64,000 nt of DNA from Prasinococcaceae sp. CCMP 1430 (Eukaryota > Plantae > Prasinodermophyta). The DNA lies in assembly GCA_013416795.1 (NCBI GenBank), contig RQSC01000026.1, forward strand, positions 667,213 through 731,212, read 5' to 3'. A program made the position numbers and the translations under genes. Below are positions 1 to 10,619 of this stretch, in pieces; position 1 is the first letter of the stretch; the number at the start of each line of letters is the position of its first letter. The notes under the pieces are model-generated. The model was not told where the DNA came from and searched no databases. It worked only from the letters and a program-made list of their open reading frames with translations.

Positions 1-622
1 GCTGCGCGCCCGCCCACCCCCACCCGCCGCGTCACGCCCGCGCTCACCACGCTCGCGCGCTGCACTTCGCGCAACCGACCGCTTCGGAATTGGAGAATCC
101 ACGTGGCATTGAACCTTATCCAAATCCAAAAGTCAACCCACGGGCGACCAATTTTTTTGTTTTGTGTTCGAGCAGCGAGGACCCTCGCCGGCGCCGAGCC
201 TGAGCTGCCTGAGCGTCGACCGAGCGGCTGCGTCCTCGCCCGCCGCGACGATGCTGCCCAAGCGTCTGCGCGGCGCGCAGCGACGCGGCAACTGGCAGAG
301 GGACCGAACGATTGGTGGGTGACTTGACATGGCTTCAAGCGAGCGGCGAGGCCGCTGCAGCGGAACGCAGAAGAGTGCGACATCCTGCTGAGCAAGCGTG
401 CAAAACATGAAAGTAGTACGGCACGATGATGGTCGCACCATTGATGACGTTGATGTGGTAGTAGTAGTTGAGTGAAGCAGTGACGCGCCCCGTGAATGGA
501 TGGCGACGCCGAAAAAAGGCATGCGCGGGCGCAGACGGACGCGGCGCCCGGCCGTCACGTGAGAAGCCGCGACTGCGCGCGGATGGACAAAGAAGAGGGG
601 TTGGCCGACCGGCGGCGCTCGC

Positions 623-2518
623 TCACTTCTTCCTGCGCTTTGCTGCGCCGCCCGCTGGAGCCGCCTTCCTCTGGGTTCTTCGGACGGCCTTCTTGAGCAC
701 GGCCTTCCTCTTGACGGGGATGCGCTTGTACCGCTTTGCCTCGGCCTGAGAGTCGGTGTAGCAGTCGGAATCCGCGCACTGGATATCATCGACTGCTATG
801 TGGGGCCCTGCCGGGCGATCTACCGGGTTGGCCGCGATCACACACATGTCGCCGCTGGCGTCGCCGTTGGCAACGTGGACGATCTGGCCGTCGTCTCCGA
901 GGATGGCCAGCGTCGGCACGCCCGCGCGCGACCCGGCGGCGACAGGGTGGAACTTGGTGCCAGCGAGGTCCAGTGAAGGCACGGCTTCCTCGCCAAACTT
1001 GCCGATCACGCCCGTGGTGCCGTGGAGGTCGAGGTCATTGCTGCGCAGCTCGACGAGGATCAGGCACTCAGCCTGCTCGGTGGTGCGGCGCTGCCGCGGC
1101 TTTGGCAGACGCTTGACGAGCCCCTTGTCGAGGAGCAGGGGCACTTCGCCGGCGCCCTTCGTCGCCACGCGATCCTTCGTCGACGTCGTCTTGGTCGTCG
1201 GGCGAGCCAGGCGCACCTCGTCCGACTGCTGCTCCGCGGGCGCGCCATCCTTCTTTCGCGTACCGCGCGCATCTTGTGGCGTTGCTTGTTTGCCCCCCTC
1301 TGAACGCCTCACACTCGCGGGGCCGTTGGGGGGCATGGTGATGCCATGGTCTGTCAGATCATCCTGTGGCGGTAATGGGAAGTCGAAGTCGTACGGATCT
1401 GCGGGCGCCGCGCAGAGCTTCGCAGATCGTCCGAGTTGCTGTTGGCGCGAGGATGCGGGCGGGTGCGGGCAACCTTCGGTGGGCCTGAGGGAGAGCGAGG
1501 GGCGCCCCTTCTTGTTTGACGCGCCAGGCGGTTGCGGCTGCGGCTGTGGGCGGCGCTTCTCTTCGGGCTGCTGCACTTGCGGTACTTGCGGGCGAGCGCG
1601 CGGCTGCTGCGGCTGCTGCAGGGACTTCTTGTCTGCGTCAACGTGGCAGGGAGGCGTCTGACGCGGCTGAGACTTGGGTGCGTGTTCTCCTCCTTTTGCA
1701 GCTGCTGCCATATCTTGGCCTCGACGCGGACGGCGATCGTTAGTCTTTTTCGCCCCGCGTGCCGCCTTGGCTCCCTCGCGCCCTGGCCTTCGGGGGTGTC
1801 TGTCGTCGGTGACGAAGTCGTCGTCGTCGTCATCGTCGCCCGAAGAAGACATCAGCAGGGCGCGAGCCGCTCGCGACGTGACATTCTCGCGACCGCGGCC
1901 TTGTGTGCGCCTCCCCTTCCTCTCTGCGTTTTCGAGCGCCACGGTCCAGTCCTCGTCTTCGCTGTCGTCATCCTCGCCCGATGATTCTTCGGAGGTATCG
2001 CTGCTGTTGTCGTCCGCATCCGTAGCAGGCTCCCGTTCGTCCTCATCCGCGCCGCTGCTGTCCTCGATCGAGTCGGGATTCACGACGCAGCCGACGCTCG
2101 GAGGATCCCTCTCTGTCGCTGCTGTGCGTGCTTCCGAGCCGACAGCACCCGCACGGCCACGCACGTGAGCTGCCTTCAGGTCGCTTTTTGGAGTGCTTCC
2201 GTCCGCAGAATAGGATGGGCTCAACGTAGCGCTCTCGAGCACCACGCCGTACCGCTCAGCATCCTGCTTCGGCCGCGCCGGTGACAGGGCGGCATCGCTG
2301 CCGCTTCCTCCTCCTCTCTGTGTCGCGCCACTGTCCCCATCGCGATCGTGCTCCCGTTGCTGCTGTTCGCGACGTTCCCTCTCGCGCTCGACCGCCGCGC
2401 CCGCCAGCGCGTGTACGCGCGCCACCAGGGCGGTGGGCGCGCGGCTGCGACAGTTGCTCCTCGCCCCGCGGCGGCGCTCGTACCGTGCACCACCAGCGGC
2501 AGCCCCACCCCCAGGCAT
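623..2518 (-). CDS. BIN4: BIN4-like DNA-binding protein (topoisomerase VI accessory subunit) with long disordered N-terminus; start uncertain
   Basis: Long open frame with in-frame ATG at 2518. The C-terminal segment ILVELRSNDLDLHGTTGVIGKF...SLDLAGTKF resembles the conserved BIN4 core (LVECEGDSIDLSGDMGAVGR...LDLKGTIY). Ends in a basic NLS-like tail KRRKK. Confidence 0.5.
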   Translation of the reverse strand: MPGGGAAAGGARYERRRGARSNCRSRAPTALVARVHALAGAAVERERERREQQQREHDRDGDSGATQRGGGSGSDAALSPARPKQDAERYGVVLESATLSPSYSADGSTPKSDLKAAHVRGRAGAVGSEARTAATERDPPSVGCVVNPDSIEDSSGADEDEREPATDADDNSSDTSEESSGEDDDSEDEDWTVALENAERKGRRTQGRGRENVTSRAARALLMSSSGDDDDDDDFVTDDRHPRRPGREGAKAARGAKKTNDRRPRRGQDMAAAAKGGEHAPKSQPRQTPPCHVDADKKSLQQPQQPRARPQVPQVQQPEEKRRPQPQPQPPGASNKKGRPSLSLRPTEGCPHPPASSRQQQLGRSAKLCAAPADPYDFDFPLPPQDDLTDHGITMPPNGPASVRRSEGGKQATPQDARGTRKKDGAPAEQQSDEVRLARPTTKTTSTKDRVATKGAGEVPLLLDKGLVKRLPKPRQRRTTEQAECLILVELRSNDLDLHGTTGVIGKFGEEAVPSLDLAGTKFHPVAAGSRAGVPTLAILGDDGQIVHVANGDASGDMCVIAANPVDRPAGPHIAVDDIQCADSDCYTDSQAEAKRYKRIPVKRKAVLKKAVRRTQRKAAPAGGAAKRRKK

Positions 2519-3203
2519 TCCTCGTGGTTGCGGCTGTGGTGGCTGGGAGGGCGTCGGCGCCTCCCGGCGGTTCGAGCTCGCGCGCGGGCGGCGATCCTGC
2601 TGTGTTGGGGGCAAGCAGCTGCTGACCGGCGGCTGCGCACCGGGCTGCTCACCTGCAGAGTTTAAAATTCCCAGCCGCGACTGCTGCCAGCGAGCGCCGC
2701 ACGAAAAAACGACGCGCGCGATTTGGACCGGATGCCGGCGGCAGCGCGGGCGCTCCACTCGCCCCCTCCACGCGGCGCTGTCGCGCGGGGGGAGAGGGGG
2801 GAGTACAAGGAGGGGAGGCGGACCTCGCCCCGCCGGGAGGGCCGCGAGGCTGCGCCGGTGGCGGCGCAGGCGCCGGCGCGCGGTGTGTGGCGCGCAATGT
2901 CGCGCGGTCGGCGCATGTGCGCCTGAAAAATTGCTGGGCTTGTCATCAAACTGCATGTGGTACCCAACGCACGCATTTTTGATGGTCGCAAATATGGGGG
3001 TAAGGGGGCGCACCGCACCCCGCGCGCTGCCCGCACCGCGGGCGCACGCGCACGCCCTCCCCTGCACCACACCTCCCGGCCTCGCTCGCTCGCTCGCCCG
3101 CCTGGGCTGGGCCTCGCTGCCCACCCGCGGCGCTCGCGCGCGCTCGTGGAGGGGCGGGGCGGGCGGAGGGAAATGGGGCACGTCTGGGCAGCAGGTACCC
3201 ATG

Positions 3204-3234
<31 letters not shown>

Positions 3235-3547
3235 TACTTCGGGCCGCGTGTGCGACGAGACGCACGGGAGCGACGGTGCGGTGGCGCGCGTGCGGCTCCT
3301 CGGCGCGGCCGACGAGACCGCTAGGAGCGTCTAGAGGGACCTGTTCGCGACGAGGGCCGCCCGAGCTCGGCGCGCGACGCCGTGAGGACTTGAGGAAGAC
3401 TGACAGCCTTACTTATGCTTTTTGTGCGTGCATGCTTGCGTTCATACTTGACTACTAATGCTTGCGCCCTTGGGTTGGATGCAGGGCCATAAATATGCAC
3501 ACTTCGTGATGCTTTGAGTTGGGGGTGGCTCAGGGACGGTCGGGTCC

Positions 3548-5075
3548 CTAGCAGATGGGCTCGAGCTTGAGGACGAGGCCAGCGACGTTGACGCTCTGCT
3601 CGCGCGTCCACAGGGCGTCGCGCTCGGGCACGACGTGGTCGCTCTCCTCGAAGTACAGCTTGGCGGCGTAGCGGACGCCGTTGGTCAGGCGCACGTAGCG
3701 CTCCTCAGCTCCGTAGTCGTTGTCGATGCTGAGCAGGTCGTCGCAGCGCCCCTCCGAGTCCGCGGGACCGGGGCAGCGACGGCCGGGGTTCTTGCGCGGG
3801 TCGTTGGGCGTCTCGAGGATCGAGATGGGCCACGACAGGATCTCCGAGTACTCGTGGTTGATCTCGAGGGCGATCTTGATGTCCGCGTCCGTGACGTACG
3901 GCGGCATCACCACGTAGTTCGAGGCGCTGATGGTGCCGAGGGGGAGCTCGATGGGCGCCTCGCACTTGCCGCGGTCGCAGTGCAGCTCGTGGCTCCAGGG
4001 GGCGTCGTAGATGTCCGAGTGCACGCACAGAGAGCTCTGGGTGTCGTAGCGCACGCCCTCCCAGCGGAAGGGGACGGAGCCCCAGCTGACCGAGGTGCCC
4101 ATGGTGCCGTTGTAGACGTGATCGAACGCGGAGTAGAAGCTGTTGTCGATCGCGGGCTCCTCGCGGTCGACGACCGCGGCGGGGCCGATCTGGACGCCCT
4201 CCTCGTAGTAGCCCTCGGGCGCGGGGCAGTAGCGCTCCCACGCGTAGACCGGCTGAGGCGACGCGCCGCGCGGGATCTGCGCGTTGGCGATGGCGAGGAC
4301 GCCGGAGATGCTCACGTCGACCGAGCGCTTGCGGCCGTCGCACTCGTCGTGGTGCGGCACATCCCTGGTGGGGGCGTCCGTGTAGCGCGGGGTCGGCCTC
4401 GGCGTCTCACGGTAGGTCGGCCTCGGCGTCGGACGGGGCGTCGGCCTCGGCGTCGGGCGGTACGTCGGCGCCTTGGTCGGGGCCTTGGTGGGCGCCTTGG
4501 TGGGGGCCTTGGTGGGGGCCTTGGTGGGCGCCTTGGTGGGCGCCTTGGTCGGCGCCTTGGTGGGGGCCTTGGTGGGGTAGTAGGTCGGGCGCGGCGTGGG
4601 CCTGGGCGTGCGACGGTAGGTCGGCCTCGGGGTGGGCGCCTTGGTGGGCGCCTTGGTGGGCGCCTTGGTGGGGTAGTAGGTCGGGCGCGGCGTGGGCCTG
4701 GGCGTGCGACGGTGGGTCGGCCTCGGGGTGGGCGCCTTGGTCGGGGCCTTGGTGGGAGCGTAGGTCGGGTGCTTCGCGGGCGCCTTGGTGGGGTAGTCGA
4801 CGGGGCGATGCACCGGCGCGGGCTCCCTGGTGGGGTACTCAGTCGGCCTGTGCGGCTCGTGGCAGTTGATGCCGCACTCCTGGCACACGTCCGGGCAGCA
4901 GTCATCCGTCTCGACGCAGTACTGGTCGCAGTAGCAGTCCACGGCGCCCGACGCGGGGCCGGTCTGCTCGACCTCGCAGCGGCCGCGGCACGAGCCCGCG
5001 GCGGTGTAGCTCAGCTGCGTCTCATAGGCGGAGACGGCGGCCGAGCCCATGGCCGCGAAGGCGGCGATGGCGGCG
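3548..5075 (-). CDS. Secreted/surface protein: signal-peptide remnant, somatomedin-B domain, Pro/Thr mucin-like stalk, Cys-containing C-terminal domain; native start replaced by bacterial DNA
   Basis: AAIAAFAAMGSAAVSA|YETQ looks like a signal h/c-region. CRGRC...CYCDQYCVETDDCCPD is an SMB Cys pattern. PTKA/PTPR repeats follow. Strong GC3 bias; stop at 3548-3550. Confidence 0.75.
4390..4810 (-). repeat. Coding tandem repeats (12-bp PTKA/PTPR units, plus a duplicated larger block PTKAPTKAPTPRPTxRRTPRPTPRPTYY)
   Basis: Directly visible repeats of ccttggtggg(c/g)g in the sequence. Confidence 0.9.
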
Positions 5076-5701
5076 GGATCGGTCACGTCGAGCGGCGCGA
5101 TGTCGCTGCCCCGCGTCGAGACGATCTCCAGCGGCGGCAGCGCCGGCGTCGGCCCCAGCCATTCCGGCGCGATCGTGATCGGCGAGTCCGCCGGTCCCAG
5201 CATCGCCCCGCCCAGATCGAAGCGGAAGCGATCGATCAGCAGGTTGAGCCCACCGCTCGATCCGATCTCCAGCACTTCCAGCTTCGGACCCAGGCGCCGC
5301 GCCACCTCGACCAGCCCGACGATCAGCGCACCGGAGCGCCCCGCCTCGTTGGTCTGCGGCGGGCCGTCGAGCCAGGGCAGCAAGGCGGCATCGTTGCGCG
5401 CCAGCACCCGGTTCAGCGCATCCTGCAACCCCGCGCCCGAAACCCGCCCGGCGAATATCTCCGCCAGCTCGGCATCCGCCCCCGCCAACACCAGCGCATG
5501 CAGCCCGCCGATCAGCCGGAGCGGCAGCGCGTCACGCGTCGGCTCCCCCGTCCAGTCGAGCACCGCCCGCCCCGTCCCGCTGCTCCGGTCGAGCCCGTCG
5601 GCCAGCGCCGTGCAGAGTTCGGCGTAGAGGGGCGCCGCCATCTTCCGGCAATAATATTCCTGGATCCGGAACGCCCCGCGGTTCGTCGCTTCATCGGCCA
5701 C
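5076..5701 (-). pseudogene. Bacterial DUF2332-family gene, 5' ~200 codons only (sphingomonad/alphaproteobacterial-like)
   Basis: GTG start at 5701 with a Shine-Dalgarno upstream. Motifs DALPLRLIGGLHALV, PPQTNEAGRSGAL, LEIGSSGGLNL and GSDIAPLDVTDP are typical of DUF2332. Truncated before the C-terminal half. Confidence 0.8.
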
Positions 5702-5708
5702 AAGAAAT

Positions 5709-5714
5709 ACCTCC
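5709..5714 (-). promoter_or_regulatory. Bacterial Shine-Dalgarno GGAGGT, 7 nt upstream of the DUF2332 GTG start
   Basis: Minus strand reads GGAGGT-ATTTCTT-GTG GCC GAT GAA. Confidence 0.75.
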
Positions 5715-5765
5715 GCGGCCGCTCTGTTGCGCCTGGGGGGTGCCCCGAGTAAAGCCCCGGCTTCG

Positions 5766-5855
5766 ATGACCGAACCGCTGATCCTTGCCGTCCCCAAGGG
5801 GCGCATCCTCGACGAGGCGCTGCCGCTGCTCGCCCGCGTCGGTATCATCCCCGAG
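5766..5855 (+). pseudogene. hisG: Bacterial ATP phosphoribosyltransferase, first ~30 codons only
   Basis: MTEPLILAVPKGRILDEALPLLARVGIIPE is the canonical alphaproteobacterial HisG N-terminus (A[VL]PKGR). The sequence switches abruptly to host-like (GC)n afterwards. Confidence 0.85.
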
Positions 5856-6649
5856 TCGGGGCGCGTGCGCGCGCGCGCGCCGGCGCGCTTCCGGCGCGGG
5901 AGTCAACGCCTGGATCGCGCCCGTCACGAATTGTGTGCTAATTACCGCGTCTTATCCAACCTTCGAACACACCCGCCACCTGCGCGAATCCACGGATCGC
6001 AGCGTGATCCCGCTTGATCGCGTTCCGTCCCGGCGCATCTGTTTGGTTTCTCATGTGCCACGTCATGCACGCGCGCGCGCATACACCCACACGAGAGAGC
6101 GTCCGAGTATCATATCACACAAGCAACTACGCATCGGACCTCGGAGACTATCGTGGCGCCGCGTTGACTGTCTGGAGCGCACGGTGCGCGCTTCGGTCGC
6201 CGCCACGAGCGAGTTCGCGGAGCTTCCGCGAACGAATCGTTGACTTCGACGGACGGCGTGGCGAAAAGCAGTGCCTGCGTCCATTAGATTCAAAAGCCCG
6301 CATGCATATCACGGTGTCTCAAATTTAATTAATTTTGATTTACGAGCGTGATGCTGACGCATGCTCCCACTTAGTCCCGAGAGTCGCGATACGCAGTGAG
6401 GCACTCCCTCCGCCCCCTTCCCCTCCAGCGACCGCGCGTCGACCCCGCGCGGGCTTTGTTTGCTGCACACGCAGCGTTGCTCTGTCCTCGCCACCCACTG
6501 TGACGTTTGGCAGAGACGGTCACCGCGACGATGCGGCCGTGCGGGCACACGCACGCTCCGATGGAGCCATATCCAGAAATGAATTTTCTTTCATGCAAGA
6601 AAATTAAAAAAATGCGCAAATGATACTCGACCTGCAGGATGATATATTA

Positions 6650-6898
6650 GGGAAATTAGCACCCAGACCGGTTTTCGGCCCCCCTAATAGCACCCAGACC
6701 GATTCTCGCTAAAAAAAAGCACCCAGACCGATTTCCGCTCGAAAAAAGCACCCAGACCGCTTTTGGGGGGGGGGGCTCGCACCGTGACCACTCGCCGCGC
6801 TCACAAAAAGCACCCAGACCGATTCTCGCTAAAAAAAGCACCCAGACCGATTTCCGCTCGAAAAAAGCACCCAGACCGCTTTTTGGGGGGGGGGCTCG
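6650..6898 (+). repeat. Left TIR: 7 copies of core AGCACCCAGACCG at ~29-31 bp spacing
   Basis: Counted directly; arranged as two higher-order blocks each ending in a G-run. Confidence 0.9.
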
Positions 6899-6910
6899 CA
6901 CCGTGACCAC

Positions 6911-7258
6911 TTACACCGCGTTCTCCCACCTCGCGCGGTCGAGTGAGCCGACGTGCGCCTTGATGAGATTGTCGGTGAAGTGCTTTAGGCAATAGAAGAA
7001 GTGGATCTTCTTGAAGACCTCGTGGCCAGCCTTCTTCTCGCCCTTCTGCCTGTCACCGACCATGGCAAAGGTGGGGCCGTCGCCATCCTCGAGGACAGAG
7101 CCGCTCCATGTCCCCGTGTCGGGATCGCGCACACCCCCAGTGACGCGCTGCAACCACTCGAAAAACATGCGCCACGTCTCGGTCCTTTCGTTGTCCGCGA
7201 AAAACGAAGCCGCCAGCAGGACGATGTGGTCGTTCGCGTCGTAGCCCGAGCACTTGTA
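6911..7258 (-). pseudogene. MULE transposase internal fragment
   Basis: GYDANDHIVLLAASFFADNERTETWRMFFEWL...MVGDRQKG...FYCLKHF matches the MULE DDE core, including the second Asp (xDRxKG) and the CxxH motif. Confidence 0.85.
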
Positions 7259-7509
7259 CGAGCCCCCCCCCCAAAAAGCGGTCTGGGTGCTTTTTTTTTA
7301 GCGGAAATCGGTCTGGGTGCTTTTTTTTAGCGAGAATCGGTCTGGGTGCTTTTTTTGAGCGCGGCGAGTGGTCACGGTGCGAGCCCCCCCCCCCAAAAGC
7401 GGTCTGGGTGCTTTTTTCGAGCGGAAATCGGTCTGGGTGCTTTTTTTTAGCGAGAATCGGTCTGGGTGCTATTAGGGGGGCCGAAAACCGGTCTGGGTGC
7501 TAATTTCCC
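7259..7509 (-). repeat. Right TIR: 7 copies of CGGTCTGGGTGCT
   Basis: Reverse complement of the left arm, differing mainly in homopolymer length. Confidence 0.9.
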
Positions 7510-8465
7510 TATATATTATTTACACTCACACCCTCACGTACGCACACGCGCACTCGCGCATGTGCCACATGCACAATGAAGTAATACCATCGAGTGATGG
7601 TACCACGGAATTGAATGTGTCCGTCCTTTGGGACATCTTCAAAGATCACTGGGCTGCGCGTCATCCTCGTTGGTCGTGACGTGGCGCGCGGTGCGCCTCA
7701 AGAGCCACGCTGGCAGGAAAACGCCATCCTCGCGTTGTGATGGGGTTGTTGCCGTTGCCGCTTCCTGCGACGATGCGCACGAGGGGGCCGCTGGCACCTT
7801 TCACTCGCCAAAAGTCGCCAAAGTCCAAATTGAGCAAAGAGCCCTGCAAAACATCGCAAAACGCGGCATTAAAAGCGCCTTAAAGAGCGCGCGGAAATGT
7901 TGAACTCTGCTGAAGCGACAATCGGCGGTGCATATACAGCAATGCGGCGCATGATCGGTCGTTTGACCCGGCAACGTGTGTTTTGAGTCGTCGCCGCTCG
8001 GCACGTGTGAAGAAGCCCCGTGGAGGCTCCGGATTCTGCCTCGCCGCGGCGCCGTCGAGTACCAATGAGTAGTCATGGAAAAAGCGTATCTCGTTGAAAG
8101 ATTGCAATCTTCGCGTATCGCTTTCTGGCAGGCGCCGCTCACCGGAACGTTCGATCAGGCCAGCCAACTGGCATAGCAAACGGGCTTGAGGTTTACGGCG
8201 GGTGATGTGGTTGGTTGCCAAGTGGCAAGCATCGGGGCGCGCGACGGCGGCCGATCCGCCTGCGCGCCACACGTCTGCGGCGCGCGCGCCACACGTCTGC
8301 GGCGCGCGCCGCCGGCGTGCCACAGCGCGCGCGCGCTTGGCGCGGCGCGGCCGTCGCTCGGCCCACTGCTGGCACGAAGGGCGCGGCCGTCGACCGTGGC
8401 GGCGGCGCTCGCTGCTAGAGAGCTAGGCTGCCTGCAACCGCACCAACACAGGTTCATCCAATAGA

Positions 8466-10285
8466 TTGTGCATGTGCATGCCCGAGGGGCCCAATCCTGA
8501 GCAGCTACCAGTGGACGCGCCCCGGCCCAACATGGCGAAAGGAGGAGACACAGGCATGGATGTCATCAAGGTGGCTCGCGCCGCTGGCGTGGGCGACATC
8601 GACAAGCCCATCAGCCTCAGCGCGTCGACGAAGCGCGTGCCTTCGCTCGAAAAAGGCGGCTCGCGCGAGACGCCACTTGGCGGCGCCACCGACGATGGCG
8701 ACGACGGCATCGGGATCGACTGGCGCAGCAGCAGCGCGGGGCGGGGACGCCGCTCAGCCGCGATGCGCGTGCGTGAGCACAACATGCTACCGGGCACTCT
8801 CGACGAGCTCTTCCGCCTCCTCGACGACGACGCTGAGCTCAGGGACACGCAGGTCGACTGGTCCCGCCTGCGCCTGCTGAAGAAGCTTGGCGCCGGACAG
8901 TACGGTGACGTCTGCCAGATGGAGCTGTCGCCAGCGACGCAGATCGACGCTGGCAAAGATGGCGCTGGCAAGGGTGCCGACGTCAGCATCGGCGGTGATT
9001 CGATGACCGACAGCACGTACAGCGAGGGTAGCACGAGCAGCGGGAGCGCCTACCTGCGCCTCAGCCTGAGCTCGCGCGTGGCACCCGCGCGCCCGGGGAC
9101 GCAGTGCGTCGCGGTGAAGCGCCTGCTACCCGCGCCCACGCTCTCTGACGTGAACGACTTCCGGCGCGAGATCAAGATGCTGCACTCCCTGCAGCACGAC
9201 AACGTGGTGTCTTTCGTCGGTTGGGGCAAGTACGGCTCCAGCCTCGACAAACGCGGCGGCGGCGGCGGCGGCGACGCGCGCGAGGCGCTCTTCCTCGCCG
9301 AGGAGCTGTGCACGGGGGGCTCGCTCAGGGATCTCGTATCAGCGGAAAATCGCGGCGCCGGATGGAAGTACGGAGGCAAGGAGGCGCTGCGCTGGCTGCT
9401 CGACATCGCTCGCGCGCTCGAGTATCTGCACGGCGACCACGACGGCCTGGTGATCATGCACCGAGACTTGAAGCTGGCGAACATTCTCCTGGAACACAAG
9501 TACGTCCCGGGCACCGAGGACCTGCCGATGGCGAAATTGTGCGATTTCGGCGTCGCTCGGCCTGTGGCCAACGCCAACGCGGGACGCGACGCTCCAACCG
9601 GTGGCGAAACCGCCGCAGCCGTGGCCGCCGTCTCCACCGAGCAAATGCTCGAACCGCCCGCCAAGAAGGAGGGGCGAGCGAAGGCGAAGACCCGCCCTGC
9701 GACTCAGAGCGAGATGGCGGAGCATCGCCGTCAGATTGCCAACCAAATGACCAGCCTGACTGGCAGCGTGCCTTACATGGCTCCGTACGTGCGCGCGGCC
9801 GGCACGCCCACCACGCGCTCCTGCTGCTGCAGTGCTGCTTGCGGCGCCCATCGGCTGACGGATGCGCGCGCGATCATGACTCGGAACTCCGTCGCCCTTT
9901 GCTGCGTTCCGAATCGGCTAGTGAGGTGATGGTCGGGGGCTCGTACGGGCATGAAGTAGACATATTTTCGTGGGCGGTCATCGCTTACGAGCTCTTCGCC
10001 AAGTGCACCGTGGCCGCGTGCCACTGCCTTGACGAGAAGGACAAGATTGACCGCTACATCGCCAAGGTGTCGAAGCAGCGCTTTCGCAACGATCTGCCGC
10101 GCTCTTGGCCTCAGCAGCTGCGCCAGGTGATTCGAGATTGCTGGAAGCACGATCCGGCGGCGCGCCCCAGCGCCTCGCAGCTCGTAGCCAGACTGGAATC
10201 GCTCGTGGAGGAAGGCGTTGTCGATGCTATGATGATGTGCCCTGCGCTTGCGAGGTGCACAAACGGCCAGTGCGCTATCCAGTAG
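8466..10285 (+). CDS. TKL/MAPKKK-like protein kinase; join(8466..9784,9922..10285)
   Basis: LGAGQYG, VAVK, HRDLKLAN and DFG motifs. GTACGT..AG intron 9785-9921 restores PYMAPE. DIFSW follows. Start may be a downstream ATG. Confidence 0.9.
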
Positions 10286-10619
10286 CGCCCCCCCCCCTCT
10301 TTGCCCTATCCCCACCCTCCCCTGCACGGGCGCGTTTCCTCGCTCACATGCACGACGAAAGCGTCCCGACGGCTGGCCGAACATCGGCGCCAGCGGGGCG
10401 CTCGCGCCTGCGATCCGTTTTAAAGCTAATGTAACGCACGTTCAGCAGAAGGCGATGCCCTCGCACCGCGACGAATTTGCTGCGGCGCGCTGGAGCGCGT
10501 GCGCGCGCGCGAGTCCCCATGCGCACATATAGGTGCGACATGCGATGAGTTTACTTGTGTTCTGCAATAGTCCTCTCGAATTCCCAAGGTTGCGTGCGTG
10601 TATCGAACAGCCTCCCCGC

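Larger units (their letters stand above)
6650..7509. mobile_element. Non-autonomous Mutator-like (MULE) element with Foldback-type long TIRs
   Basis: ~250-bp inverted arms starting GGGAAATTAGCACCCAGACCG. Flanked by a 9-bp near-perfect direct repeat (gatatatta 6641-6649; tatatatta 7510-7518). Contains an internal transposase fragment. Confidence 0.9.

Noticed and set aside
3170-3460. (CAG)n tract and short ORFs upstream of BIN4
   Set aside because: The frame is ambiguous (polyQ, polyA or polyC); no support for coding.
3635-5752. Long opposite-strand or alternate-frame ORFs (e.g. 3635-5752, 14846-17092, 33800-36127, 51422-54853, 55743-57362)
   Set aside because: Shadow ORFs caused by high GC3 of the real genes; no motifs. 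Several run through N gaps.
6650-7509. CRISPR-like array of regularly spaced repeats
   Set aside because: The spacers are themselves repeated, the arms are inverted, and a TSD and MULE transposase fragment are present. No cas genes; eukaryotic context.
7520-8420. Lower-GC stretch with short ORFs and a small tandem repeat (cacgtctgcggcgcgcgcg, ~8265-8310)
   Set aside because: No recognisable protein, RNA or TE motif; possibly a decayed element, but unsupported.
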